From assembly GCA_035250975.1 (NCBI GenBank), contig DATFEP010000046.1, positions 1 through 17,533 of the forward strand: a DNA stretch of 17,533 nt, read 5' to 3'. Both the position numbers and the translations under genes were made by a program. Below are positions 17,050-17,533 of this stretch, piece by piece. The notes under the pieces were generated by a model. It ran no database searches. It was not told where the DNA came from and saw only the letters and a list, made by a program, of their open reading frames with translations. The first letter of the stretch is position 1. Each line of letters begins with the position of its first letter. The DNA is from Nitrososphaeraceae archaeon. Lineage in GTDB: Archaea; Thermoproteota; Nitrososphaeria; Nitrososphaerales; Nitrososphaeraceae.

Positions 17050-17533
17050 ATAATTACGTCAGTAAAAATAAATATAACAAAAGGAACAAATAAGAGAAAA
17101 AATCAAAGAAATCAATCCTAAACTTATAAGCACTGGAAGATCTAAGTTATGCCAAATCTGCAGATTGTTGTGCTTATATCATTTCACCATTTAAATCAAA
17201 ATTAAAGTTATCCATGAGAGACCATGAATATCATGATAGAAAAGAAGGATAAAACAATTAACGAAATGGTATAACATTCAAAGGAAGTATAATAGCACAT
17301 CATAATCATCTTCATCTTTTTCTATTATATCATCATCTCAACTAACCATATTATCATCTTCTTCATCATTACTGTCACCATCATTATTTTTTATTATTTT
17401 GCTTCCCTAGCACAATACGGTTATAAAATGAAATTACAATATTTTCAAATAATGAAATATTTGGTAAAAATGGAATATATGTATCTTTTCTAATCTGCTT
17501 AAGTTAAAAGCGCTTTATAATTTTATTATTGAT

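Noticed and set aside
17290-17400. Asp/Glu-rich minus-strand reading (GAT/GAA repeats)
   Set aside because: Interrupted by stops, with no credible start; low-complexity remnant at most.
1-17533. CRISPR array, rRNA or tRNA genes
   Set aside because: No regularly spaced repeats or recognisable structural RNA genes seen by eye.

Overview
AT-rich window. Gene content, TTG starts and the transposase and small-protein styles suggest an archaeon, probably a soil ammonia-oxidising Nitrososphaerales / Nitrosocosmicus-like lineage (inference). The core (~2.6-14 kb) is a phosphate/polyphosphate island. It holds a tightly coupled minus-strand operon sixA-ppx-[TMPK-like A]-[TMPK-like B], a divergent family I pyrophosphatase, a CYTH-like protein, an atypical long pyruvate kinase, a CHAD polyP-binding protein and a secreted purple-acid-phosphatase-like metallophosphoesterase. 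No recognisable ppk1 or ppk2 is in the window. The best candidate for an undescribed system is the paralogous thymidylate-kinase-like pair, which lacks the dTMP-binding signatures and has one Lys->Arg P-loop. It may be a two-subunit polyP kinase or polyP:nucleotide phosphotransferase. The flanks hold a ~1.17 kb IS with TIRs and a frameshifted DDE transposase, an EPPY-motif orphan DNA methyltransferase, pseudogenes and small ORFs missed by the ORF track, and two G.U-containing hairpins.
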